A stretch of DNA of 64,000 bases, from contig CAXWPL010000002.1 of assembly GCA_963666215.2 (NCBI GenBank), positions 640,001 to 704,000 of the forward strand, written 5' to 3'. Positions within the stretch are counted from its first letter, which is position 1, and each line of letters starts with the position of its first letter. The translations under genes and the position numbers were made by a program. This DNA comes from Acidobacteriota bacterium (GTDB taxonomy: Bacteria; Acidobacteriota; UBA890; WLXD01). Below are positions 44,450 through 53,703 of this stretch, in pieces. The notes under the pieces are model-generated. The model did not search any database, was not told where the DNA came from, and saw only the letters and a list, made by a program, of their open reading frames with translations.

Positions 44450-44808
44450 TCGCTCAGCTCGTGCTTGTCGCCCTCTCGATCGAGGTCGAACACCAGGCCG
44501 TTCGCCATGCGTCGAAGCATGGATAGCGAGTGGCTGAGACCACGGTGGCCACTGGGTGTCAGCCGGAAGTGCTTGCGCGATCGGCCACCGCGAACCGGCA
44601 GGGGCTCGGAGTCCCAGCTCTCCACCAGGTCCTTGTCGCGAAGTCGACCGAGCGTCGCGTAGACGGCGCCGATCGATGTGCTTCGGCCCGTACGAGCCTC
44701 GATCTCGCGACGGATGCTAACGCCGTACGCCTCGTCACCGAGACGCAAAAGCGCCAGCAGCACGTACTGCTCGAACTCGGCCAAGAAGCGTCCTCGCGGC
44801 ATCGACAT
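44446..44808 (-). CDS. PadR family transcriptional regulator
   Basis: [41 protein letters not shown]; overlaps the permease start. Confidence 0.95.
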   Translation of the reverse strand: MSMPRGRFLAEFEQYVLLALLRLGDEAYGVSIRREIEARTGRSTSIGAVYATLGRLRDKDLVESWDSEPLPVRGGRSRKHFRLTPSGHRGLSHSLSMLRRMANGLVFDLDREGDKHELSE

Positions 44809-45071
44809 ATTCTATACAAACGAAAACAAACGCGAGCGGTTTCGAAATCTCTCGAAATCTCTCGAATCTTTGGATCGGCAGAGCAGTTTTCTTGGATTGC
44901 CGGCTCGCGACAGCGGCCGCGGCGCGATACAAGTATGAGCCGCGCCTGAGAAAACGCGGGCGCCACCGATCAGCGTGATCGCTGCGGAGATCGATACGCA
45001 ACTGCGGCCGACAGTACAGCCGCGCCGCATCACAGCCAGAGCAATAAGAAACGGATATACAAGCTATGGGC

Positions 45072-45100
45072 TTGACAAGGCAGCGGCAACACGGTAGATT
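45072..45100 (+). promoter_or_regulatory. Sigma70 promoter TTGACA-N17-TAGATT overlapping the left IR
   Basis: Consensus -35, 17-bp spacer, SD GGAGG and ATG at 45120. Confidence 0.75.
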
Positions 45101-45119
45101 GGGTTCATAGGAGGTCGCC

Positions 45120-45995
45120 ATGAACCTGATCGATATCTTCACTCGTTACCCTGACCAAGAAGCCTGCATTGAGCACCTAGAAGCCGTTCGCTGGCCGCTC
45201 GAAGCATCCTGCCCATTCTGTGAAAGCGCAAAAGTAGCACGGAAGGCCGACGGTGATCGCGTCGGCCGGTGGAACTGCCACGGCTGCACGTCCAGCTTCA
45301 ACGTTCTGTCGGGCACCATCTTCGAGAAGACGCGGGTTCCGTTGCAGAAGTGGTTCCTGGCGATCGGGCTCATGGTCAACGCCAAGAAGAGCCTGTCGAG
45401 CTGCCAGCTCGCCCGTGATCTCGATCTAACGCAGCAGACTGCCTGGTACATGCAGCAGCGTATCCGCTCCGCGATGGCCAAGGGCCAGCGTCAGTTGCTT
45501 CAGGGCATCGTGGAAGCCGACGAGTGCTACGTCGGCGGCAAGCCCCGCAAGGGCAACAGGCGCGACGACGACACGCCGAACCCGCGCGGTCGAGGCACCA
45601 AGAAGGTTCCGGTTATCGGCGTGGTCGAGCGTGGTGGGCGCGTTACCGCTCAGGTTGCTACCGACCTGACGGGCAAGGGCATTCTACGGTTCATCAAGAG
45701 TTCCGTAGACCCCCAGGGCTCGGTGCTGATCACGGACGAGTACGCGGCGTACAACGTGACCCGCGACCTACTGCCGCACGCGGTGATCAATCACAGCGTC
45801 GCCTACGCCGAAGGGCTCACGCATACGAATACCATCGAGGGCTTCTGGAGCCTCTTGAAGCGTGCCTGGTACGGCTCGCACCACTACTACCAGAAGCGCT
45901 ATATGCCGATGTACATCGCGGAGGCGTGCTGGAAGTACAACGAGCGCCGCAACGACAACGCCTTCGACACCTTCATGCGAGGCTGCTTCGCATGA
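45120..45995 (+). CDS. IS1595-family transposase
   Basis: CPFC..CHGC Zn ribbon, GTIFEKTRVPL, VEADECYVGG, LITDE, HTNTIEGFWSLLKR. Confidence 0.97.
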   Translation: MNLIDIFTRYPDQEACIEHLEAVRWPLEASCPFCESAKVARKADGDRVGRWNCHGCTSSFNVLSGTIFEKTRVPLQKWFLAIGLMVNAKKSLSSCQLARDLDLTQQTAWYMQQRIRSAMAKGQRQLLQGIVEADECYVGGKPRKGNRRDDDTPNPRGRGTKKVPVIGVVERGGRVTAQVATDLTGKGILRFIKSSVDPQGSVLITDEYAAYNVTRDLLPHAVINHSVAYAEGLTHTNTIEGFWSLLKRAWYGSHHYYQKRYMPMYIAEACWKYNERRNDNAFDTFMRGCFA

Positions 45996-47602
45996 ACCGG
46001 CTGTACTACGGCGACTGCCTCACCATCATGCGGGACAAAATGAAGCTCGCCAGCGTAGACCTGATTTACCTGGACCCGCCGTTCAACAGTAACCGCGAGT
46101 ACAACGCGATCTACAAGGACGAAACGGGCCGACCGCTACCTGACCAGATCGAGGCATTCTGCGATATGTGGACGCTCGATGAGGAGCGCGAACGATCGAT
46201 ACGGCATATGCCGATTTTGATGCGGGAGAGCGGTATTGACGATGGCGTTGTGACATTTTGGCAGACCTGGATGAACGCGCTACGCAACACGCGCCCGCGA
46301 TTGCTTGCGTACCTGTCCTATATGGTGGAGCGGCTGATCTACATGCGGCCGATTCTCAAGCCGACGGGAACTCTATATCTGCACTGTGATCCTACGGCGA
46401 GCCATTACATCAAGGTGATGCTGGACGGTGTTTTCGGCCACAAGAACTTCCGCAACGAGATCGTGTGGCGACGCACGAACGCGAAGGGCCTGGCGACTAA
46501 GAGGTTGGCTTCCAACCACGACGTTATTCTGTTCTACGGCAAAGATGCCAAGGTGTCATGGAACCCGCCGCACGAAGCGCACGACCCCGATTATGTCGAG
46601 AAATTCTATCGGCACGTCGAAGACGATACAGGACGCCGGTACACGCTTGGCGATCTCACGAATCCGAACAAAAACAGGCCAAACCTGGAATACGAGTTCC
46701 TAGGCGTTAGGCGAGTTTGGCGATGGACGAACGAACGGATGCAGCGCGCGTACGAGGAGGGTCTAGTCGTTCAAAGCAGTGAAGGGGCAGTCCCCAGGCT
46801 CAAGCGTTACCTTGACGAACAAAAAGGCCGAGCCATAGATGACATCTGGTCGGATATCGCTCCAGTGAGCCCACGCTCTGAAGGTCTTGGCTACGCCACA
46901 CAGAAGCCGCTTGCGCTACTGGAACGGATCATCAAAGCCAGTTCCAACGAGGGCGACGTGGTGTTCGATCCGTTTTGTGGCTGTGCCACGACGATGGAAG
47001 CTGCGCAGAGGCTCAATCGACGATGGATTGGGATCGACATCGCCATTCATGCGATCAAGCGTGTAGCGAGGATCCGGCTAGGCGACCGTTGCAAGCTCGT
47101 CGAAGGTCATGACTACACCATCGACGGCGTACCGAAGAACCTGGAAGGTTCCCGAGACCTATGGAAGCGCGACAAGTACCACTTCCAGAAGTGGGCCGTC
47201 GAACAGGTTGATGGCTTCGTGACCACGAAGCGCACCGCCGACGGCGGCATAGACGGGCGATTGTACTTTGCCGTGCCCGAGAAGCCAGACCTTCAGAGCA
47301 TGGCCATTGAGGTAAAGGGAGGCAAGAACGTCTCGATAGCGGATGTACGCGCCCTGCGTGGCGTGCTCGACAACGACCAAGCGCTCATGGCCGGGCTGAT
47401 CGTCATGGACCGACCAGGCACCGTGAAAGAGCGCAACTTCAAGCGTTTCATGGCGGATGCTGGCGACCTGTCGGTGATGAGCATGCAGTATCCACGGATG
47501 CAGCTATTGACAGTCGAAGAGATCCTGGAAGGGGTACGGTTCGTTACGCCGAGCGTGGCAGGCCGTGGAACTGGGCAGGAGAACTTGCCGCTCTCGGGAT
47601 AA
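45992..47602 (+). CDS. Beta-class N6/N4 DNA methyltransferase with C-terminal PD-(D/E)XK (Mrr-like) domain
   Basis: LIYLDPPFNS, TQKPLALLERII, FDPFCGCAT; C-terminal ADGGIDG...IEVKGG; ATGA overlap with the transposase. Confidence 0.9.
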   Translation: MNRLYYGDCLTIMRDKMKLASVDLIYLDPPFNSNREYNAIYKDETGRPLPDQIEAFCDMWTLDEERERSIRHMPILMRESGIDDGVVTFWQTWMNALRNTRPRLLAYLSYMVERLIYMRPILKPTGTLYLHCDPTASHYIKVMLDGVFGHKNFRNEIVWRRTNAKGLATKRLASNHDVILFYGKDAKVSWNPPHEAHDPDYVEKFYRHVEDDTGRRYTLGDLTNPNKNRPNLEYEFLGVRRVWRWTNERMQRAYEEGLVVQSSEGAVPRLKRYLDEQKGRAIDDIWSDIAPVSPRSEGLGYATQKPLALLERIIKASSNEGDVVFDPFCGCATTMEAAQRLNRRWIGIDIAIHAIKRVARIRLGDRCKLVEGHDYTIDGVPKNLEGSRDLWKRDKYHFQKWAVEQVDGFVTTKRTADGGIDGRLYFAVPEKPDLQSMAIEVKGGKNVSIADVRALRGVLDNDQALMAGLIVMDRPGTVKERNFKRFMADAGDLSVMSMQYPRMQLLTVEEILEGVRFVTPSVAGRGTGQENLPLSG

Positions 47603-47667
47603 AGCCCGTAACTACCCTCTCGTAACTGCCGCTAGCCCACCCAATAAGCCCATAGCTTGTATATCCG

Positions 47668-47853
47668 ATCTTCTACACGTTGAAGGAGGCAAAGGTTCTG
47701 ATCGAAGGGTGGCGACAAAAGTTCAATCGCCTCAGACCCCACAGCTCACTGAAGGACCGAACTCCTACGGAGTTCGCCAGGGGCTGGCAACCGGAGGCTT
47801 CGGAACACCGAATGCCTAAACCTCTGACCGGTACTCATTCCGGGGTGGGGTCA
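47668..47853 (+). pseudogene. 3' remnant of an IS3-family transposase
   Basis: FYTLKEAKVLIEGWRQKFNRLRPHSSLKDRTPTEF; ends ...ggggtca. Confidence 0.8.
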
Positions 47854-47942
47854 TGCGGCGAGTTACTGAGATAGAAAGTGGTACTAACCGTGGGGGCAGG
47901 TCAAGGAAGTCTATTTTTAAGACAGCGCTTAGGGAGAACATT

Positions 47943-50852
47943 ATGCGCAGAATCGTTGGTTGGGGTGTTGTGTTGTTGTTGTTGTTGAGTGTGCCGGTCA
48001 GTGTGCTGTCCCAGGTGAGCACCATCGTGAGGGGAACCGTAACCGACAGGACCGGAGGTGGCATTCCCGGCGCGAGCGTCACGGTGGTCCACGAAACGAC
48101 CGATGAGGCCACGACACGCTTGACGGACGAAATCGGGAATTACGAGTTCACCGGTTTGCCCCCCGGGATCTACACACTAACGGCGGATATGCCCGGCTTT
48201 GAAGTGGGCACCTACAGCAATGTGGAACTGGCGGCTGGCCAAGAGGTTCTGCGGAATTTCACCCTTGAGATCAGCGCGGTCCACATGACTGTCGTCGTCA
48301 TCGGCAGCCGCGCGAAGCCGCGATCGGTCACCAAGTCGGCCGTGCCGATCGATGTCATCCGGGCTGAGGACTTCACCAGCCAGGGCAGTACCGACCTGGC
48401 AAATCAGTTGCGGGCCGTCGTTCCCTCCTTCAGCGTGAGCATTCAGCCGATCAGCGACGCGGCGACCATCGTCCGGCCGGCGCACCTGCGCAACCTGGCG
48501 CCCGATCACACGCTGATCCTGGTCAACGGCAAGCGCCGTCACCGCGCGGCGGTCATCACTTGGCTCGGCAACGGTATCGCGGACGGCTCGCAGGGACCGG
48601 ACCTCTCCGTCATTCCCTCGATTGCAATCCGGCAGGCCGAGGTGCTGCGCGACGGGGCGGCGGCGCAGTACGGCTCGGACGCCATCGCCGGCGTCATGAA
48701 CTTCCAGCTCAAGGATTCCCGATCGGGCGGCAGCCTGGAGTTCCGCACGGGAGCCTACCGCAATGCGAACCCGGGCAGCCCGTCAACGTGCGGGTCGGGC
48801 ATCAGCGGTGACATCCAGCATTCCTGCAACGGGATCGGCGGACATGGGCAGGCGCAATCCTTCGCCGGGAATGTTGGGCTGCCGCTCGGCTCGGCTGGGT
48901 TCGTGAACCTCAGCCTGGAGTACGGCAGCGCCAACCCGACCAATCGCAGCATTCAGCGTGAGGATGCGCAGGCCATCATCGCGGCTGGCAATACGAACCT
49001 GCGCAACCCGGCGCAGATCTGGGGAGCGCCCAAACTCGACGACGACCTGAAGCTGTTCGGCAATTTCGGCTATCCGTTCGAGAACGGATTGCAGGTCTAC
49101 GGCCACACCAACTTCGCGAGCCGCAAGGTAACCGGCGGCTTCTACTTCCGGAATCCGCATACCCGCGGCGGGGTCTTCCGGGGCGACGTGGGCGACGACA
49201 ACATTCCAACCCTGCGCGTGGGCAACGTCGGTCTGGCCGCGTTCAACGAGGCGAACGGGACCAATGACGGATATGCCGGACCAGGCTGCCCCACGATCCC
49301 GATCATCGACAACGTGCCCGATACCGCCGCTCTCGCGGCGGTGGAGGCGGACCCGAACTGTTTCACGCTCTACAGCCGGTTCCCCGGCGGGTTCACGCCG
49401 CAATTCGGGGGCAATCTCATCGACTATTCGTGGGTCAGCGGACTGCGCGGGTTCATGAGCTCCGGCCTCACCTGGGATGCGAGTATCAGCATTGGCAGAA
49501 GCGAGGTCGATCAGTTCATCTTCGATACGGTCAACGCGTCGCTCGGCTACGAAACGCCAACGTCGTTCAAGCCCGGCAGCTATCGGCAGGACGAGGTCAA
49601 CTTCAACTTTGACGTCTCGTACCCGGTCAACGACATCGTGCACATCGCGGGCGGCACGGAGTGGCGCGATGAGAAGTTCACGATCGGCGGGGGCGGGCAG
49701 CCCTCATGGGAGATCGGCCCGTACGCCGCACAGGGCTTCAGCTCCGGCTCGAACGGCTTCAACGGTTACCGGGCCGACACGACGGCGGGGAGCTGGAGCC
49801 GCAGCAATGTAGCGGTCTACGGTGATCTCGAGTTCACCGACCCGGGCGGGCGGTGGACGGTCGGCACGGCCGTCCGGTTCGAGAACTTCGAGGATTTCGG
49901 TGCGACGACGAACGGCAAACTCACGGCGCGCGTTGAGCTGACCGACGCGTTCTCGCTGCGCGCCGCCGTGAGCAGCGGGTTCCGGGCGCCGACCCCGGGA
50001 CAGCAGAACGCGTTCAACGTGACGACCGCGTTCATCGACGGGCAGTTGACCAACAACGGCGTCGTCCCGTCCACATCCGCGGTGGCCGTCGCGAGGGGCG
50101 GCGAGCAGCTCCAGCCGGAACAATCACTCAACTACAGCGCGGGGGCGGTCGTCGAGCAGGGCCCGTTCACCTTCACTGCCGACTACTTCCGGATCGACAT
50201 CGACGATCGTATCGCCCTGTCGCAGGAAATCAATCTGACGGAGAGCGAAATCCAGACGCTGCTCGCGGAAGGGATCCCCGAGGCGCGAAATTTTCCGGTG
50301 TTCCGGTTCTTCCTGAACGACTTCTCGACGACGACCCAAGGCATCGACCTGATTTCGACCCTGACGGTCGGGCGCACGAAGTTCAGCATGATCTTCAACT
50401 ACACGGACACGGCGGTCAAGAACGTCGAATCCGTCGTGATCGATGAATTCCGCATCAATACGCTGGAACGGGGACTGCCTAATACCCGGTGGAATTTCAG
50501 CATCAACCACCGCGCCGAGAGGTGGAGCCTGATGGGTCGGCTGAACTACTTCGGTCAGTTCTGGGACAGCGAGGATGGACGGAATTCGGTCGGTCTCCCT
50601 GGCGGACCCGAGGCGTCCTGGCTGTACCCGGCCTATTCCGGCAAGGCGCTGCTCGACCTCGAACTCGGCATTCCATTCGAAGAGAATATCACGCTGGCGG
50701 TCGGTGCTGAAAACCTGCTCAACACGTACCCCGACGTGAACATGTTCGGCGCCAATACGGTCGGCAATCAATACGGCCAGTTCTCGCCGTTCGGTTTCAA
50801 CGGCGCCTATTACTACGTCCGGGTCGGGTACTCCTTCGGCTCTTCCCTCTAA
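47943..50852 (+). CDS. TonB-dependent receptor with N-terminal carboxypeptidase-regulatory-like domain
   Basis: GTVTD..GGGIPGASVTV, VVVIGSR, LILVNGKRRH, EVLRDGAAAQYGSDAIAGV, SSGFRAPT, GAENLLN. Confidence 0.95.
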   Translation: MRRIVGWGVVLLLLLSVPVSVLSQVSTIVRGTVTDRTGGGIPGASVTVVHETTDEATTRLTDEIGNYEFTGLPPGIYTLTADMPGFEVGTYSNVELAAGQEVLRNFTLEISAVHMTVVVIGSRAKPRSVTKSAVPIDVIRAEDFTSQGSTDLANQLRAVVPSFSVSIQPISDAATIVRPAHLRNLAPDHTLILVNGKRRHRAAVITWLGNGIADGSQGPDLSVIPSIAIRQAEVLRDGAAAQYGSDAIAGVMNFQLKDSRSGGSLEFRTGAYRNANPGSPSTCGSGISGDIQHSCNGIGGHGQAQSFAGNVGLPLGSAGFVNLSLEYGSANPTNRSIQREDAQAIIAAGNTNLRNPAQIWGAPKLDDDLKLFGNFGYPFENGLQVYGHTNFASRKVTGGFYFRNPHTRGGVFRGDVGDDNIPTLRVGNVGLAAFNEANGTNDGYAGPGCPTIPIIDNVPDTAALAAVEADPNCFTLYSRFPGGFTPQFGGNLIDYSWVSGLRGFMSSGLTWDASISIGRSEVDQFIFDTVNASLGYETPTSFKPGSYRQDEVNFNFDVSYPVNDIVHIAGGTEWRDEKFTIGGGGQPSWEIGPYAAQGFSSGSNGFNGYRADTTAGSWSRSNVAVYGDLEFTDPGGRWTVGTAVRFENFEDFGATTNGKLTARVELTDAFSLRAAVSSGFRAPTPGQQNAFNVTTAFIDGQLTNNGVVPSTSAVAVARGGEQLQPEQSLNYSAGAVVEQGPFTFTADYFRIDIDDRIALSQEINLTESEIQTLLAEGIPEARNFPVFRFFLNDFSTTTQGIDLISTLTVGRTKFSMIFNYTDTAVKNVESVVIDEFRINTLERGLPNTRWNFSINHRAERWSLMGRLNYFGQFWDSEDGRNSVGLPGGPEASWLYPAYSGKALLDLELGIPFEENITLAVGAENLLNTYPDVNMFGANTVGNQYGQFSPFGFNGAYYYVRVGYSFGSSL

Positions 50853-50860
50853 TTGAATTA

Positions 50861-50971
50861 CGGATATACAAGCTATGGGCTTATTGGGTGGGCTAGCGGC
50901 AGTTACGAGAGGGTAGTTACGGGCTTTATCCCGAGAGCGGCAAGTTCTCCTGCCCAGTTCCACGGCCTGCC
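50861..50971 (-). mobile_element. Inverted 111-bp copy of the IS1595 right end
   Basis: Reverse complement of 47557-47667. Confidence 0.95.
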
Positions 50972-50984
50972 TGAAGTACAGAGC

Positions 50985-51015
50985 AAGCCGCGTGCCAGTT
51001 CGGGCGCGGCTTTTT
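50985..51015 (+). terminator. Intrinsic terminator
   Basis: aagccgcg...cgcggctt stem plus T run. Confidence 0.65.
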
Positions 51016-51152
51016 CGTGCCCTCTGCGCCGTTGCGGCGCTCTCACGGTGTCGGGTGCGCGCGCGACGTCCGCTTGTGGGATCGACTGTCGCGCAACCGG
51101 ACACGCCCGGTGACCGTCGCGCGCCGCGCTACGCTCGGCGCGCGGCGAACAA

Positions 51153-51869
51153 TCAAGCTTTAGCCTGACCGTCCGTCTCGGCGGCAACTGCCGTGTAGGG
51201 ATCGTCTTCGACGATCCAGCCATCGACCAGGTTGATGACGCGGTCGCCGTAGCTCGCGTTGAGCTCCGAATGCGTCACCTGAACGATCGTCGTCCCCTCC
51301 TCGCGGTTCAGCCGCTGGAAAAGTTCCATGATCTCCTTACCCTGAGCCGTATGCAGGTTCCCCGTTGGCTCATCGGCGAGGATGATCTTGGGCTTGCCGA
51401 TGATGGCGCGCGCCACACCCACGAGCTGCTGCTGGCCGCCCGAGAGCTGGCTCGGGTAGAGGTCCTTCTTGCCGACCATCTGGAAGCGGTCGAGTGTGTC
51501 GGCCACCATGCTCTTGCGTTGCGAGCGCTTGATGTTGCGGTACGACAGCGGCACGTCGAGATTCTCGTAGACGGTCATGCTGTCGATGAGATGGTAGCTC
51601 TGGAAGACGAAGCCGATGTACTCGCGATTGAGACGGTTGCGCTCCTTCGAGCGCAGGTCGTGCACGGGATAGTCGATCAGGTAGTACTCGCCTTCCCATG
51701 AGCCGTCGAGCATGCCGATGATGCTCAGCATCGTCGTCTTGCCGGCGCCGGACGGCCCCATGATCGTAACGAACTCACCCTCGGCGATATCGACGTTCAC
51801 ACGGCGGAGCACATAGGTTCGACCGAACCCGGATTTGTAGGACTTTTCGACGTTGCGCAGTCTGATCAT
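51153..51869 (-). CDS. ABC transporter ATP-binding protein (LolD/MacB-type)
   Basis: [34 protein letters not shown]. Confidence 0.96.
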   Translation of the reverse strand: MIRLRNVEKSYKSGFGRTYVLRRVNVDIAEGEFVTIMGPSGAGKTTMLSIIGMLDGSWEGEYYLIDYPVHDLRSKERNRLNREYIGFVFQSYHLIDSMTVYENLDVPLSYRNIKRSQRKSMVADTLDRFQMVGKKDLYPSQLSGGQQQLVGVARAIIGKPKIILADEPTGNLHTAQGKEIMELFQRLNREEGTTIVQVTHSELNASYGDRVINLVDGWIVEDDPYTAVAAETDGQAKA

Positions 51870-52024
51870 GGTCGCTTCTGAGTCGGGGGGATTCGGAAGG
51901 CTGAAGTCTACGTTACTCGTCGGACGGCCTCCATGTTGGCACCCGCCCGTGGCACGCGCCAAACCGGGCCACCCGCTCTGGCTGGCTTATCGAGCGCGGG
52001 CTGCACGCGCTGCGGCCGTCGCCG

Positions 52025-53677
52025 CTACAGGCCGAGAACCTCCTTGCCCTGTTCGTACACCAGATCCACCGGGATTCCGGCACCTGCGAGCGCGTCGAGA
52101 TCGGCCTGCAGTTGCGCTCCGATCACGGCGGCATCGTCGTGGAACGCCGCCACACCGGCGTGGTCGCCGTCGCCCTGCAGCTGCAAGATCTTGGCGGAGA
52201 GGTCGCGCGTCACCTCCTGCATGCGCTCGAACTCGATGCGGTAGGTGCCAGACTCCGCGTCGTGGGTGAAAGCACCAGCCTCACGAAAGAAGTTGAACCG
52301 CACCAGGTTAGCGCGACCATGCGAGCTCGCAAGACTGAAGCGGATGGACCGGAACATGCTGGCAAAGAAGGTGACGTAGTTGTCCATCAGGTCGGTGTCG
52401 GGCAGCTCACCTTCAACGTGCAGTTCGGTGATCATGTGCAGCCCGAGCACGTCGGCCTTGCCCTCCTCGAGCCACGACGCCTGTTCCCGAAGCGCCTGAC
52501 GCACCGTTTCCGCGCCGTTGACCGTGTTCTTGATACCCAACCCGTGCGCCACCTCGTGGAACATGGTGTTGGCAAAGAACGCATCGAACGTTACGTGCGG
52601 GCGCTGATCTTCGGCGAGCAAGGCGTCGGCGATCGGCTCCAAGATGGCGTCGAACTTCGCTCGCATGATGTTCTTGATTTGAATGCGTCGCGTCCCCTTG
52701 GCGAGCTGAACCTCTTCGTCGTTCGGCAGGTTGATGGCAATCGTTTTCGATCCGTGGTTGCCGTCGCCAGCGACGTAAACCAGGTCGTAGGCATTGAGCT
52801 CCGCGTCGGTACCCGGGACTTCCCGCTTGTAGGCTTCGCCCACGGGCAGGCTGCGCTGCAGCCCCGGCAACAGAGCGGCGTAGCGTGCCAACCGCACGCT
52901 CCAGGCCTTGTCCTTGATCAACACGTAGGCCTCGTATCCGGCCTTGGCTCCGAGCAGCTGATCCTCGTAGGTCTCGATGGGCCCGATGACGATCTCGATG
53001 GTGTTGTTCTTCATGTCCATCCAAGCCAAATCGCTGGCCTGGTAGTCATCGTTGAGCAGCGCCTCGGCGCGCAGCTCCAGGTAGCTCTCGAGGCCGCCGT
53101 CTTCGGCGAGCTGGGCGGCCTCTCGCAGCTTGGCCGACATCACCTGTACCTGGTCGGCGAACGCCTCATGGTAAGGCACGGCAATCAACTCGCCGGCGGA
53201 GTTGCGCCTCACGACGGTGTACAGGCTGCGGTGCTCCGGACTCGCGGATTCAATCTCCTCACGGGTAGCGTCGGCGGGATAGAGATTGCCGCCGAGGGGT
53301 CGTGGTCCGACTCCCTCGATGAATGGGGCAAAATCCCCGAGGCGGTCCCAGGGACCGAAGTTCATGCGAATCAGTCGCTCGGTGTCCGGATGCCCGGCCG
53401 CTGCCAATAGCTCGGTCGGATCGCCGTAGGCCTGCTGCCAGAAGATCTCGTTGACCGGCTCGGACGCTTCGATCAGGAGCTCGACGATACGGCGCTGGGC
53501 GTCGGTGAGCGGCGACAGGTCGGCCTCAATTCGCACCGAAGCGTACTTGTCGAGCACGGTGCGTGTCGCTGCAAGAGTAGAAGGGGAGCTGGCTGGGACT
53601 TCATCGGCCGCGGGGGCGCACGCCGCCCCGGTGATCGCCAGCAGCACGGCGGCTATGGTCAGCGTGAAGCGTTTCAT
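52025..53677 (-). CDS. Peptidase M49 (DPP III-like) lipoprotein
   Basis: Lipobox GAAC, IGPIETYED, IAINLPND, FHEVAHGLG, LEEGKADV. Confidence 0.85.
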   Translation of the reverse strand: MKRFTLTIAAVLLAITGAACAPAADEVPASSPSTLAATRTVLDKYASVRIEADLSPLTDAQRRIVELLIEASEPVNEIFWQQAYGDPTELLAAAGHPDTERLIRMNFGPWDRLGDFAPFIEGVGPRPLGGNLYPADATREEIESASPEHRSLYTVVRRNSAGELIAVPYHEAFADQVQVMSAKLREAAQLAEDGGLESYLELRAEALLNDDYQASDLAWMDMKNNTIEIVIGPIETYEDQLLGAKAGYEAYVLIKDKAWSVRLARYAALLPGLQRSLPVGEAYKREVPGTDAELNAYDLVYVAGDGNHGSKTIAINLPNDEEVQLAKGTRRIQIKNIMRAKFDAILEPIADALLAEDQRPHVTFDAFFANTMFHEVAHGLGIKNTVNGAETVRQALREQASWLEEGKADVLGLHMITELHVEGELPDTDLMDNYVTFFASMFRSIRFSLASSHGRANLVRFNFFREAGAFTHDAESGTYRIEFERMQEVTRDLSAKILQLQGDGDHAGVAAFHDDAAVIGAQLQADLDALAGAGIPVDLVYEQGKEVLGL

Positions 53678-53703
53678 CGGGGAATCCTCCTGTGCGAACA
53701 GGG

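Larger units (their letters stand above)
45052..47667 (+). mobile_element. IS1595-family element with passenger methyltransferase gene
   Basis: Perfect 22-bp terminal inverted repeats cggatatacaagctatgggctt (45052-45073) / aagcccatagcttgtatatccg (47646-47667). Confidence 0.93.

Noticed and set aside
44842-44869. tcgaaatctc x~3 upstream of padR
   Set aside because: Short tandem with no supporting context; it could be an operator but cannot be supported from the sequence alone.
45524-45991. N-terminal extension of the 692-aa MTase ORF
   Set aside because: It overlaps the transposase in another frame; MTase homology starts at ATG 45992.
47854-47942. Cobalamin riboswitch before the TonB receptor, given nearby metH
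   Set aside because: Only ~90 bp follow the IS3 remnant and no B12-box is recognisable.
47965-47987. (TTG)n tract as a phase-variation switch
   Set aside because: An in-frame triplet encoding the Leu core of a signal peptide.
45052-50882. Composite transposon from the IS1595 left IR to the third IR copy
   Set aside because: These two IRs are in direct, not inverted, orientation and no shared target duplication is seen.
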